This document shows positions 1-13,000 of a stretch of 64,000 bases of DNA, piece by piece. The position numbers and the translations under genes were made by a program. Position 1 is the first letter of the stretch, and each line of letters begins with the position of its first letter. The notes under the pieces are model-generated. The model made no database searches, had not been told where the DNA came from, and saw only the letters and a list, made by a program, of their open reading frames with translations. This stretch comes from Octopus sinensis (taxonomy: Eukaryota), in NCBI RefSeq assembly GCF_006345805.1, contig NC_043001.1:104656001-104720000 (forward strand), written 5' to 3'.

Positions 1-540
1 CATCCTTTCGGGGTCGATGAAATTAAATAAGTACCAGCTATACACTAGAGTCGATGTAATCGACTTAATCCCATTGTCTGTCCTTGTTTGTCCCCTCTAT
101 GTTTAGCCCCCTGTGGGCAATAACAAAATATTATAACTTCATATGTTTACGGACATACAACTTATTTAGGACATTCGAAAATTTATGGATTGAAATCCAT
201 GAAATGACTAAAATATTTCTAAGTAAATTTCTTGTCTTCCACACAAATCATATTTAATACCAAAATAAAAAGTCTTTTCCAACCCCATCCATTCCCTTCT
301 CCCTTAAATTTATCGTAAAAGTTTATAATATCGTTCAAACTTTCTTCACTTCCTGGTTCCCTCGACACAAATACTTTCAAACAAAACTTGGTAAACTACA
401 GAAATTAGAGACAACTTTATACTACAGAAATGTAGCTATATATAAACTTGTAAAATTAGATTATCATGTAATTTCCAATATCATTATCAATATTATTATC
501 AATATTAATAACATAATTAAGCGATCAAAAAAACTCTTAC

Positions 541-650
541 CTTCCACTCAACTGAAGCTGACGGAATCAATGGCGGAACTGTACTTCGCTGACACCGGTT
601 AATGGCAGTTACAACGATAAAATTTCGCTTTCAGTTTTAAATTTCGTTCC
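541..650 (-). other. possible non-coding first exon of a minus-strand gene continuing left of the window
   Basis: Minus-strand donor AAG|GTAAGA at 541/540; locally CpG-rich; no ATG in the candidate exon. Confidence 0.25.
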
Positions 651-1297
651 CCGCACCTTGTTTATGTTGATATAATACTTCGTTTACCTAAGTCGGGTTC
701 AATTTGTTAATTCTTAAGAGAAAATATTCAGTTAGTATGAAAAAATTGGCTTTGATTTTAATTTGAACAATAGCAGAGTTTTTTTTTTTAGCAGACGACA
801 ATACCAGCCATGAATTTCGTTGGGAAGTTGTCGAGTTTAATAATGAAATTATTGTAAACAGTGCTCAGGTGTACCACAAGCAAGTTTATTTGTGGAGCAA
901 CAAATTACTTGACCTACTGATTCTCAAACTGACAAAAGCCACTAAAAGATACTAATGAAATTCTCTACTTTGCCACACCTCCTTATTAATGAGAAAACAA
1001 AAACAGAGTTTGCCAACATATAATTCTATCTTCGACTTCTTGGACGATTAAAAAAAAAGATCAAATTATCTCTGATAGATGTTGTTGACTTTCTTCCAAC
1101 AACTTTAAATTTTCATCAGATTGTTTTTCAAAAAATGAAGTTCTAATGTAGTTTAATGAATGCGATTTTCGTAACCAGCATGCAAAACTACAACAGAATT
1201 ACATTCTTGGTATCGTTTCGATTACTTTCACAAATTTGGAAATTTTAAAATAAAGAGACCATTTTCACATTTGCTATATTGATGTAATTTTTCACAC

Positions 1298-1478
1298 TGA
1301 ATCCGAGCGAAGGTAAAGAATACGTACACCATCCGTATTCGGCGTTTAGGGTTAGAGTTAGGTCAGGTTTAGGGCTAGGGTTAGGGTTACGTTTAGGGTT
1401 AGGGTTAAATTGGGGTTACACCGAAAATGGGTGGTGTGTGTGTTCTTTACCTCCACCTGAATCCAAATTTTGGATTCA
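1298..1478. mobile_element. MITE-like element with ~36-bp imperfect inverted arms around a TTAGGG-like core
   Basis: Arms at about 1309-1346 and 1419-1454; degenerate (TTAGGG)n at 1347-1418; TGAATCC..GGATTCA outer ends. Confidence 0.55.
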
Positions 1479-2510
1479 TTTATTCAAAGGAATTTGTAGA
1501 AGACGCCATATCCTATTTCTTTACTGCCCACATGGGGCTACATACAGAGGGGACAAACAAGGACAGACAAACGGATTAAGTCGATTATATCGACCCCAGT
1601 GCGTAACTGGTACTTATTTAATCGACCCCGAAAGGATGAAAGGCAAAGTCGACCCCGGCGGAATTTGAACTCAGAACGTAACCGCAGACGGAATACCTAT
1701 TTCTTTACTACCCACAAGGGGCTAAACACAGAGGGGACAAACAAGGACAGACAAATGGATTAAGTCGATTACATCGATCTCAGTACATAACTGGTACTTA
1801 ATTTATCAACCCCGAAAGGATGAAAGGCAAAATTGACCTCAGAGGAATTTGAACTCAGAACGTAACAGCAGACGAAATATGGCTACGCATTTCGCCCAGC
1901 GTGCTAACGATTCTGCCAGCTCGCCCCCTTGTCTCGTTATTGAACATGGCAATTTGTCTGTCCCCCTTTCAAATCAACACAGGGCCAGTTCCATTTTTGT
2001 CATAAGAAACACTGACAAAATGAATTGTTTGTAGCCTTTACTGGTCTCCACTTCTTTCTACTCACCGAATCTCTCTCTAGTGTAATATTTAGATAGGAAC
2101 CCAGAAGAGATTTAATTACAATACATGTAAATGTTCTTATATTAAGTGGCGTTCATTTTCGTTGTCTTATTAATAGGCAATAATTGTGTAATGCTGATTA
2201 AATATTCGTGCTTAAACTTCTATAATTTAAAATATTTAATTTAGTGAAAAGAAATATATTTTACAAGAAAGAAAACGAGAGAAAAACAACGCAGCACTAA
2301 GTGCTTCCGTTGGTGTCTTATTTGTTGTTTAACCGTCGGCCAGTCATGAAAGAGCGGACCAAACAGTGTATCATGGTGATACAGGTTATAATTGAGAAAT
2401 TGAATGACTAACTGCTCGCTCATAAGCTACCTCTGCGCAGTCATCTTTGTCATTAACAGAGATGTCAAATAACGACGTGACAGGGTTACCAATTTTCTGC
2501 TATTTCCACT

Positions 2511-5357
2511 GAATAATAATAATAATAGTAATAATAATAATAATAATAATATAATAATATAATAATAATAATAAAATTGTGTACAGTGCTCAGGTGCACT
2601 ACAACTCATCTAAAGTGTATATATAATCAGGTGTAGTTTCGACGGATTTCGGGAAGCATGAGGGCCTTAAAGGATGCAGTGTCATGGCAGTCAACAACTG
2701 ATGCAGGCAGTTTATTCCACGCTTCAGCAACCCTGAGCGTGAAAAAATGTTTCCGAAAGTCATGGGAGCTGTGCTGTTTTCTGACTTTGTAGGCATGTCC
2801 ACGTGTGTTAGACACATGGAGATCAAAAAGGTGTTCAGTGTTATTGTTGGTGAGGTGGTTGATAACCTTGTGGGTGTTTACCAAGTCCGTCGCCAGACGC
2901 CGGAGCTTCAGTGAATCCATGCCCAGGGAAACAAGGCGCTCAGAATATGGTAGGTGTCTGATGGAGGGTATGCGTTTGGTTGCACGTCTCTGGACAGATT
3001 CCAGGAGGTCAATGTTCTGAGCAAGATAGGGATTCCAAACTGATGATGCGAATTCCAAGTGTGGTCGTACCATAGCTGTATACAGTTTTAAATAGATGGC
3101 TGGAGAGCGGCTAACAAAAGTCTTGCTGAGTGATGCCAAGACACCCTCGGCCTTCTTGACAATTTTAGAGATATGCTTTGTCCAACGCAAATCACTGCTG
3201 ACAGTGATGCCTAGGTCACGCTCGCAAGAGGATTTCTTGATATCAGTGTTGTGGAGGGAGTATGTGGACGCAGGGTTTTTTCTCCCAAAATGCATGGTGG
3301 TACACTTGTCCACAGCCAGTTTCAGTTGCCAGTCTGTGATCCATTGCTGCATTGTGTCTAGGTCTGATTGCAGGAAAGAGTTGTAGACATCAGGATCAGT
3401 CCTCTTGATTTCAAGGTACAGCTTGATGTCGTCTGCATATTTCAATACTGTGGCATTCTTTAAATTGGCATCTATGTCATTATGTATGCCACAAACAGGA
3501 GGGGACCAAGGACAGATCCCTGTGGTACACCCGATGACATCTCATATGGTGTAGAGTGCTGTCCTAGAACTGTGACTACCTCCTTTCGGCTGAGGATGAA
3601 GGATTTCAACCAGTTAAAAAGGTCATCCCCCACACCCATTGCAGAGAGTTTCACCATAAGCCTTTTGTGGCACAGAGTTGAAAGCCTTAGCAAAGTCAAG
3701 GTAGACAACATCCACCCATGAGCCACTGTCAGTGATCTGAGTAATGTCCTCAAGGAACTCGACAAGCTGGTCACTGCAGCTGGAGTTAGGGACAAATCCA
3801 TATTGTGAGGGTCGGATGAGACTGAGAGCTCCAGAAGTTCCAGAGTGTTTCTCTGACACACGATTCCATCAGTTTTGCAATACAGCTAGTGAGACTGACT
3901 GGGCGATAGTTGACAGGTGATGTGCGGTCACCCTTTTTGAACAGAGGAATGACACTGGCAGTTTTCCACTGCTCCGGAGTAGCACCATTGTTGAGACAGT
4001 ACTGGAAGAAAATAGAAAGCTGGTGTAAAAGGAAGTGCCTGCCACGTTTGAGAAGCAGGTATGTAACTCCATCGAGACCAGGGGAGGCATAGTTGCGCTT
4101 ATTTTGAAGGTGACGTCGCAGCATTGCAGGTGTAAATTCCATAGTTGTTATGGAGTTTGCTGTTAGTGATGGTGGGTGAAGATGGTACATTTTGACTTTC
4201 GACAGTGAATATGTTTGCATAGCACTCGGCAATGAGTTCTGCGCATTCCTTGGGGTCGTCAGTGATCTGGTTCGTGTGAGGGTTGCGAAGAGGGCCCACT
4301 GGAGAGTGAGGTCTCTGCTTTGAATGCACATATTTCCAGAAAACCTTGCTGTCAGGATTGGCTGTTATGCACTGTTCAAATTCAAGCACTGCATTTTTTG
4401 TCACTTGCTTGAGATGGTTGGAGGATTTATTCCGCTTCTTCCTGTTGGTGTCTGATTTATGCAACTTGTATTCCTGTTCAGCAGTCCGACGTTCCTTCCT
4501 GGCAAGTCGGACCGCTGAAGTTTCCCAAATTGCCCTTTTGGGGCTGTTCTTCTTTATTTGTTTACGTGGCACTGATGCTGCACATGCTGCCCATATTGAG
4601 TCCAGGATACTCTGGAGTATAGTATCCACATCTCCAGAGTTGTAGAATTCACGCCAGTTTGGGTGCTGTAGTTCAGTGTGGTACAGGTTCCAATCTGCTC
4701 TCTTCCAATCGAAGGAAGCAGATTGGAGATGGTTCAGGTGTTTGTTGCCCGCAAGAGCCAGATTGGCGATGATCATAGCATGATCAGAGTCACCTAGAGG
4801 TTCCTCCGTAGTGCAATTGATAACCGCTTCAGGAGTTGTGGTGAAGAGCAGGTCCAAGGTGTTGTCGCCTCTTGTTGGAGTGGTGACTACTTGTGACCAG
4901 TTTGAGTCCAGCACAAGCTCAACAAAATCGTTTGCACTCTGTGGCCAACGGAAGGTTTCCCAATCGATCTCAGGATGATTGAAATCGCCTGCAATAAACA
5001 CATAAGTGGCTGTTTTCCTGGCTGCAGCTCGGAGGATGTTGCAAAGCTGTGTGTCCTGATGGTAATTTGGGGGACGATAAACAACGCCAAGCAGGAGTGT
5101 TGACATGGTCATACGTACGTCACAGAAAAAAACTTCTTCTTGTGATTCGTTCAAATCGGCACAAGGAATTACCAAAAAGTTTGAACGAACGTAGACCATC
5201 ACACCACCACCACGGCGGTTAGTGCAGTCCTTACGGAAGAGGTTGTACCCCGTGATGTTGAAAACCCCATCACAGAGTAAGGAATGCGCCCATGTTTCTG
5301 TGACAGTGATGAAGTCAGGGTAAACACTTCTGACGTAGGCGTTGAATGTAGGGCCTT
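2511..5357 (-). mobile_element. 5'-truncated, frameshifted CR1-group non-LTR retrotransposon (APE endonuclease + RT)
   Basis: Track ORFs 4099-5391 (VTETW, YRPP, GDFN, DLLF, SDH), 3786-4331 (PGLDG, NYRPVSL), 3623-3859 (QYGF, LDFAKAF), 3472-3861 (GVPQGSVLGP), 2627-3445 (YADD); (TAT)n tail at 2511-2575. Confidence 0.9.
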
Positions 5358-5787
5358 TCTTTTTTTTCATTATTTTCAGTGTGAAAATCATCGAGTTACA
5401 CGCCTACCTAATTTCACTGCTTTAAATTGTTTATGTTGTGCTGAGACAAATCACTTCGAATGCACACTCAGCATTTACTATTATAAGGTACAGAGCAGCT
5501 TGCTGGCCATTTTTTTCTGTTTTATGAGGGTATTTTTTTTTACCGGGTCTAAGATATTTTCACAGCTATTCTCCCGCGTTCCAGATTTCCTTAATTTCTA
5601 AAATAAAGATAACAACTCACAACGCTTCGATGTGTGTGTGTCTGTGTGTGTATGTGTGTGTGTCTGTCTGTCTCATTGCTGTCATTGTTCAGTTTATTTC
5701 AAGATTTCTTGCCAATACTGAAAGAGCTGGCTTCTAACCAAGATCCAAGGCTCCCTCATTGGAATTTCAATATCAACAGGATATTTT

Positions 5788-5801
5788 TGTATGTATGTAT
5801 G

Positions 5802-5832
<31 letters not shown>

Positions 5833-5980
5833 GTATGTATGTATGTATGTATGTATGTATGTATGTATGTATGTATGTGTGCGTGTGTGTATGTATGTAT
5901 GTGTGTGTATGTGTGTGCGTGTGTGTGTGTATGTATGTATGCATGCATGTATGTGTGTGTGTGTATGTATGTATGTATGT
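5788..5980. repeat. (TATG)n/(TG)n microsatellite
   Basis: direct reading. Confidence 0.95.
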
Positions 5981-6022
5981 ATTCTCATGCATATACTCAC
6001 ATGTCTAGACATGTGAGTATAT

Positions 6023-7782
6023 ATTTAAATGTTACACTTCTGGAAAGTTTTACAGATTTTTATAGTTCCAATGATAGATTGAATCTGTAGTCTTCGAATT
6101 AGCTTTCTCCTTTCTAGTTTTGAGAAGCCTAATTTCTCAAGATTAGTATTTAGGCAGTGTGTTACGTATCCCAGGGCCTCAATAATTACAGGTATTATCC
6201 TGATCTTGTAATCTTGATAGAGTAACTGCAGATTTCTCAATAGTTTAGCGTAGGTGTTCTCTTTTCCACTGATCTTCAGCTTTATATTAACATCCACTGG
6301 GCAGCTAGTTTCCACAACTCTAGACAGTTTCCTTTCTCTATCCCAAATCATTATATTGGTCAGTTGTACTTAAATTTTATTGAGGTCATCATTGGTACAG
6401 TCCACCAGTATTCCTTTTTATTATGACTGGCTATGGCTTCTACCATATTGTGGTTTCTTATTTCTTTGTCCTCGGGATTATCCTTCCAAGGGATTTCATT
6501 ATAGAGTGTCCTAGCTACAGCATCATGTCTCTTCTGTAGATAATATTGTGATGACATTTTGAGACAATTGTTTATGATGCGGGTGATATTTTCAGTGTGA
6601 ACTCCACAAAGTCTGCATCGGTTGTCACATTTTACAGCTTTTCTCGCATCTCTATCCCTTTTGTGCATCAGGTACTTGCTTGATATTTCCTGTTCCTGGA
6701 TTGCAAACGCATACCCTTCAAAGTGGGAGGTAGTAATCCAGTTATTCATACATGATAACCTGCTTTGATGATCAATCTTACTATCACCACAGAGATTTCT
6801 AGTAACATAACCATGCATAGTCTTCTGCTCATATAGGTTCATCCTTTCCTCTGATGATACGTTGCAGTAGAGTCGTGTGACTTCTTTGGGCATGTATTCT
6901 AGGTTATTAGACAAAGAGTGTTGCTCAAGGAGCTGCCTTCCAAGTCTTATGATGTTATCAGCCTCATGTATGCAAACTTGGTCAAGGGATGCACTTCAAC
7001 ACTTGGTGGTTAAAAGATGTTGCCGAAGGGATGTGATGCGACATTCAAAGGCATTTTGGATCGATGTTAAGCTTCTACTGCCTTGTTTTCATTTTAGGTA
7101 GAGGCAGTCTACGTCACTGTTTATGTGGAAATTATGTGTGCTTGTTAGTATTTTTTGGGTTTTCACATCAATGGCTCGGATCTCATCAAGCGTCCCGACA
7201 AGCAGCTGAAATGTTGTATGAATACTGGCATTGCAAACACATTATGAGCCATTGTTTTATTGAATACAGAGAGTTCTGAGGTCCAAATTTTCTTTATTCA
7301 GCTGGAATATTCTTTAGTGACATGTGTTTGCTACAGGTGCCATTGTAAGATATGTTTTCATCCACCCCTAGATACCTGTAACATTCCTCATCAGATATAG
7401 GGGAAACAGTCAAATCATTGATGGAGATGTTGCTAGTCTGGTTTATTGTTTTCCCCCTTTTCACAACCATAAAACAACATTTATCATGACCAAACTCCAA
7501 CCCTACATCCTTTGAAAATATTGTAACCAGGTCAAGGCTTTTTTTCATCTCGTGCACATTCTTTGCAAAACGTTTCAAGTCATCCACAAAGAAACAGTAA
7601 TTTTGGTATTTCTGTTTCCTTGTGAACCAGTGAGATACCCTTCAGACTCCCTTAACATGAATGACAAGGGGTTTACAGAAAGTATAAACAGCATTTGTGA
7701 TATTGTATTCTATTAGTGATAATACAGTCACTCTTTGTATTTAATTTCAAGATGGTGGCCCACAGTGAAATGGTTTTGACTT
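6023..7782 (-). mobile_element. decayed RLE-type non-LTR retrotransposon, R4/Dong-like (RT C-part, CCHC knuckle, PD-(D/E)xK nuclease)
   Basis: DDLKRF...GLEFGHDKC (RT), CRLCGVHTE...RHDAVAR (knuckle), (P)DIMIWDRE..VETSCP..K..Y..IIPVIIEALG (RLE); many stops and frameshifts. Confidence 0.8.
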
Positions 7783-7783
7783 T

Positions 7784-7962
7784 GTATGTATGCATGCATG
7801 TATGTATGTATGTATGTATGTATGTATGTATGTATGTATGTATGTATGTATGTATGTATGTATGTATATGTATGCGCAATGGCCATACTCAATAACGAGG
7901 GGGCAGCCATAATGTATGTATGTATGTACATACGTATGCATGCATGCATGTATGTATGTATG
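7784..7962. repeat. (TATG)n microsatellite
   Basis: direct reading. Confidence 0.9.
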
Positions 7963-8539
7963 AATAGATGTCCATACATATTTTTATATAGATATATTTT
8001 TATTTTTATTTATATTCTTAATTTTAAATTGATTTTTTTTTTAATTTTAAGAATTTTAAATTGTAAAAATTTAAAATTTCATATTCTTTTTCTTTTTTTA
8101 CATGTACATTTGTATATGCTGTTTCTGTGTGTTTGTGTGTAGGGGTGGGTAGGTGGGGGCTCATTAGCTGTGGTGAAGGCAACTTTTCTAGGAGAGGGAC
8201 ACTCTGACATAAAAAACAGGTCATGGTTATGACGGTCCCCTTAATCAGCTGCACTATCAAAGCCATGACTGTTTTATGGGTGCAGACTGGGCTCCTGATT
8301 TGAAGCAAAGTCATGATTAGGACAACCAGGATAGGAGAATAAAACTCTGAATTCAAATTAACTTACCACTGCTGCCTTGCAGTTTCCCTTTGAGGAAAAG
8401 CCTAGGAGAAGATACTCTGATATAAAACCTACAGTCAACTTAGTACTGGTTATCTTGCTTTGCTTGTCACTGGAATCTACAATTTTGACTCAGAGAATGG
8501 CAAAAGTGTTGTACAAGCGTTTGTCACTGAAATCCAATG

Positions 8540-8915
8540 AAGTACAGATGTCCCATTGCCTTACTGGCACCTGTTACCAACATCGCCTTACTGGCACCTG
8601 TTACCAACATCGCCTTACTGGCACCTGTTACCAACATCGCCTTACTGGCACCTGTGCCGGTGGCATGTGTAAAAAGATTTGAGTGAGGTCACTGCCAGTA
8701 CTGCCTGACTGGCTCCCATGCCAGTGGCATGTAAAAAGCACCCACTACACTCTCGGAGTGATTGGCATTAGGAAGGGCATCAAGCTGTAGAAATATTATC
8801 AGATTAGATTGGAGCCTGGTGCAGCCATCTGGTTCGCCAGCCCTCAGTCAAAATCGTCCAACCCATGCTAGCATGGAAAGCAGACGTTAAACAATGATGA
8901 TGATTATCATCATCA
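8540..8915 (+). mobile_element. RTE 3'-UTR remnant with a 27-bp tandem repeat (about 3.6 copies, 8558-8656)
   Basis: Unit gccttactggcacctgttaccaacatc, followed by the ggcattaggaagggcatc...gttaaacaatgatgat terminus. Confidence 0.75.
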
Positions 8916-9269
8916 TACAATCATCATTTTTCAAAAGTCCTATGGCGATCAAGGTGTGGCAATGTATGCAGACTTGACCAGTTGGAAGTATAGTTACAAA
9001 TCTGCACATAAGGTGGCAGGGTTCTTATTTTAACATTGCTAGCATGTTTTCATGGACAGGAACTGTTTTTGGAGGAGAATCTTGAGTCTGAGCAGCCCTT
9101 TTAAGGAGAACACTGCTCACCTGGATATACTGGGAAGGTGCTAGAAAAGGTGCACCAAAAATTGTCTGTCCTTTCTCTTCTGGTTAGTTTACTGTGGTTA
9201 ACGGTGGTTCAATTTAGCAGGAATGGACAAAGAATTGATATAAACAATGATAACAAGTATGCAAGGAAT

Positions 9270-9545
9270 AAGGTTTCTCTTAACCTGGCCTCTTGGAATG
9301 TGAGAACCCGTTTAGCTCAAGCAGATAGGCCTGAAAGAAGAACAGCTCTAGTAACTAAGGAGCTAAGGTATCTTAATGTTGACATTGCAGCTCTTTCTGA
9401 AACAAGATTTTTCAGATGAAGATCATCTTGTCAAAAGAGCAGCAGGATTCACATTATTCTGGGTTAGAAGCCAAAAGGAGAAAAAAGGGAAGGTGATGTT
9501 GGGTTTGCAATTAGAAGTGATTTTCTAAAGGACTTAGAGCAATCA
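9270..9545 (+). mobile_element. RTE (BovB-like) endonuclease N-terminal fragment
   Basis: LASWNVRT..RRTALVTKEL..NVDIAALSETR, then GFTLFW..GDVGFAIRS in another frame. Confidence 0.7.
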
Positions 9546-9668
9546 GAAAGGACTTATAACAATTAGAGAAGAACTACCATGTAGCAATTCAACAATGATG
9601 TAATTAAATCATACCATATAGAAAAAATTAAATATACGGTAAAACATTTACCTAGAACTAAATAAAGT

Positions 9669-10870
9669 CATCATCATCATCATCATCATCGTTTAACGTC
9701 CGTTTTCCGCGCTAGCACGGGTTGGACAGTTCGACCAGGGTCTGGGGAGCCAGGGGCTGCTCCAGGCTCCAGTCTGATCTGGCAGTGTTTCTACAGCTGG
9801 ATGCCCTTCCTAACACCAACCACTCCATGAGTGTAGTGGGTGCTTTTTACGTGCCACCTGCACAGGTGCCAGAGGGGTCTGGCATTGGCCACGACCGGTT
9901 GGTGCTTTTTATGTGCCACCGGCACAGAAGACAGTTGAGGCGGGGCTGGCATCGGCCACGTTCGGATGGTGCTTTTTATGTGCCACCGGCACAGAAACCA
10001 TTCGGGCAAGGTTGGCATCGGTCACGTTCGGATGGTGCTTTTTATGTGCCACCAGCATAGAAGCCAGTCGAGGCGGCACTGGCAACGGCCACATTCGGAT
10101 GGTGCTTTTTATGTGCCACCGGCACAGGTATCACAACTACTATTTCCATTGATATTTGGTTCGATGTTCATGTACATGCACTTGACTCAACAGGTCTCCT
10201 CAAGCACAGCGAGATGTTCCGGGATCCAAGGTATTTTGAATGGGCAGGGGCTATGCGGAACTGGTGCTGGGTCTTAGTAGTCACAGCACATCTCCAGAGA
10301 TCTTGGTCCTTCGTCATTGCCTCAGTGAGGCCCAACGCTCTGAGGTCATGCTTGACTACCTCATCCCATGTCTACCTCTCCCCTGATTCCTTCAACTGTT
10401 CGGGAGTGGCACTTCTTCACACATTTCTCCTCATCCATCCGCAGTACATGACCATACCATCGCAAGCATCGCTCTTGCACACCGCATCTGATGCTTCTTA
10501 TGCCTAGCATTTCTCTCAGGGTGCTTACACTCTGTCGTGCATTCACACTGACATTACACATCCAGCGGATCATGCTAGCTTCATTTCTTTAAAGTCTACG
10601 CATGTCCTCTGCAGTCACGGCCCATGTTTCACTGCTGTGAAGCATGGCAGTTCGCACACATGCATCATACAATCTACCTTTCACTCTGAGTGAAAGACCC
10701 TTTGTCGCCAGTAGGGGTAGGAGCTTTCTAAACTTTGCCCAGGCTATTCGTATTCTAGTGGTGACACTCTCTGAGCAATCACCCCCACTACTAACTTGGT
10801 CACCCAGGTAGCGGAAACTATCAACTACTTCTAGTTTTTCCCCCTGGAGTGTGAAGCAATACTGCTATAT
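9669..10870 (-). mobile_element. 5'-truncated RTE LINE (RT C-terminus, 3'UTR, (GAT)n tail)
   Basis: [14 protein letters not shown]..., [17 protein letters not shown]; same family as 35581-39375. Confidence 0.9.
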
Positions 10871-10906
10871 TGTATAAAGTTAAAGTTTAGGGTTATTCAG
10901 AGGATT

Positions 10907-11198
10907 ATTAAGAAGAAGAAATTATAACAAAAGGACAAAATGTTTTATGAATACTTTTAGTAAATTTACCTAGAAGTAAATAAAGTACAAAATAATAAAT
11001 AAATAGTAAATAAATAGTTATATAATTAGTAATTATATACTATTTATAAAATAATAAATAAATAGTATATAATTACTAATTATATAACTATTTATTTACT
11101 ATTTATCTATTATTTTGTACTTTATTTACTTCTAGGTAAATTTACTAAAAGTATTCATAAAACATTTTGTCCTTTTGTTATAATTTCTTCTTCTTAAT
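10907..11198. repeat. long AT-rich near-perfect palindrome (~141-bp arms, 10-nt loop)
   Basis: Arms 10907-11047 and 11058-11198; I saw one mismatch. Confidence 0.9.
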
Positions 11199-11689
11199 TA
11201 TTAGTATAATAAATCTTGAATTTTATGACTATACTCACTATGATTTCTGTCGACTCCCTCAGCCCTATCCCGAACAGACCTGGCCTTAGATATACCAGAA
11301 TTTGATAAAACTAGTCTATAAATTATTACTGACCCCCGATATAAAAGTGACAAGCAAAATCTGTAACAAGTCTTTCTTCCTGATAACTTAGTAGCTTCTA
11401 AGTGGAAGCAGTATTTGTTGAAGATTTCGTTAAAAAGTATAAATTGTTCTGGAAGTTATAAGGCAACAAATTTGGGGGTGGTTATACCATAAAATCTAGC
11501 CTGTTGTCACAAGAATTATAGACATAAGGAGTGGCTGTGTGGTAAGTAGCTTGCTTACCAACCACATGGTTCCAGGTTCAGTCTTACTGGGTGGCACCTA
11601 AGGTAAGTGTCTTCCACTATAGCCTCAGATCGACCAAAGCATTGTGAGTGGATTTGGTAGGCAGAAACTGAAAGAAGCCCATTGTATTT

Positions 11690-13000
11690 ATGGTTAGAGT
11701 GTCAATCTTACGACCGTGAGGTTGTGAGTTTGAACAGGGCTGCATGTTGTGTTCTTGAGCAAGACACTTCATTTCACGTTACTCCAGTCCACTCAGCTGT
11801 AGAAATGAGTTGTGTAGGGAATATGATTGTACGTAAGGAGTTGGGTGACAAATGTCTCCTTTAGAATGCCGCATGGTCACCCCTAACAAAATTAGAAGCT
11901 AAATACATGATGTAAAATACAGTGCCAACAGGAATAAATGAAGGACAACAAACTGTTCTACAGTTTGAGAGAGAAGAAGACTCTATTTACAAAGTGTACA
12001 AAGAGAGAGTGTGTGAGTGCTAGCAAAGTGTTGTGTCTGAATGCGTGCAACAAGTGTTTGTGTCTGTGTGTGACTGAAGGTGAATGCGTATACAACAGAA
12101 ATACAGAGCATAAGATGAATGTCTCAGCATATTGAGTTAAGATGGAATTTGTTTACCAGTTCGTAAGTGAGGTACATGATAGCAAGTTTTATAACAAGAT
12201 GCTGTGGACACGAGGCAGAGGCTGGTTGGGGACATGTCATGCAGCGGTTGGGGCTTCTATGCCGTGCCGAGTCTCTTGATACAGAAAGTTCTTTCAGGTA
12301 GACTGTAACTGTTTCACCTCGGTGAAATATTCACAAACAGCGTGGAGTTTTAAACCTGGATGATGTTGATGTGTACATATTTGAAGTTGATGGTGGTAAT
12401 GGCAATGGTGGTGGAGACGTCCTATGGTGCTGGTGTACATTAGCGTCGTCATGGCTGAAGCAGGAACATGGCTGGCTGGCTGGTCATCTGTTGCTGGAAC
12501 TGGAACATGGCTGAGTAGCCTGGTGGTCAGTGACTAGTCCTTAGAAGGTCTAGAGCCAAAGACCTGGAATAGTGAATGCTGGCCTTTTTATAGCCTGGGG
12601 TAGGCTCAAATGAAGCATCTTATCCGAAGGCCGTGATTGGTTGGCTTACACACTGGCGTGAAATAAGTTGAGAGACAAACTGTGCCAAATGCCAACCAAT
12701 CAGAGCAGTGGACACAACAGGGTCAAACTAGCCAAAAATGGTTGTAATCTACCATGAGATTATTCCTAATGTGTCTCTCAAACAGTGAGGATATCAGTCA
12801 CACTACAGTTGCGATGTCACTGGTGCCAAGCTGTATCAGCCTTTGTCTTTCCCTTGGATAACATCAGTGATGTGGAGAGGGGAGGCTGGTATGCATGGGC
12901 GACTGCTGGCCTTCCATTAAACAACTTTGCCCGGACTTGTACATGGGAGGGTAACTTTCTAGGTGCAATCCCATGGTCAGTCATGACCGAAGGGGTTCTC
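11690..13000 (+). mobile_element. tRNA-headed SINE family D, interrupted by a solo LTR
   Basis: ggttagag..ttgagcaagacac..ccactcagctg head to 11812, continuing gatgtcactggtgcc from 12812. Confidence 0.7.
11813..12807 (-). mobile_element. solo LTR (Ty3/Gypsy-like), 995 bp
   Basis: TGTAG...CTACA termini; 4-bp TSD GTTG at 11809-11812 and 12808-12811; CCAAT motifs and a minus-strand TATAAAA near 12590; interrupts SINE D cleanly. Confidence 0.8.

Noticed and set aside
1347-1418. True telomere or chromosome fusion scar
   Set aside because: Short, degenerate, single orientation and enclosed by inverted arms.
5634-6090. MYVC/HTYI-type ORFs (also at 7673-8142, 59127-59580, 62424-63336)
   Set aside because: Translations of (TATG)n, (TG)n and (TA)n microsatellites.
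8558-8656. CRISPR-like appearance of 27-bp repeats (also the 37-, 52- and ~340-bp arrays)
   Set aside because: Head-to-tail repeats without unique spacers, in eukaryotic DNA, with no cas genes.
12220-12400. Weak GIY-YIG-like peptide (ERTFCIKRLGT) on the minus strand
   Set aside because: It lies inside a TG..CA solo LTR with a TSD and has stops; probably chance.
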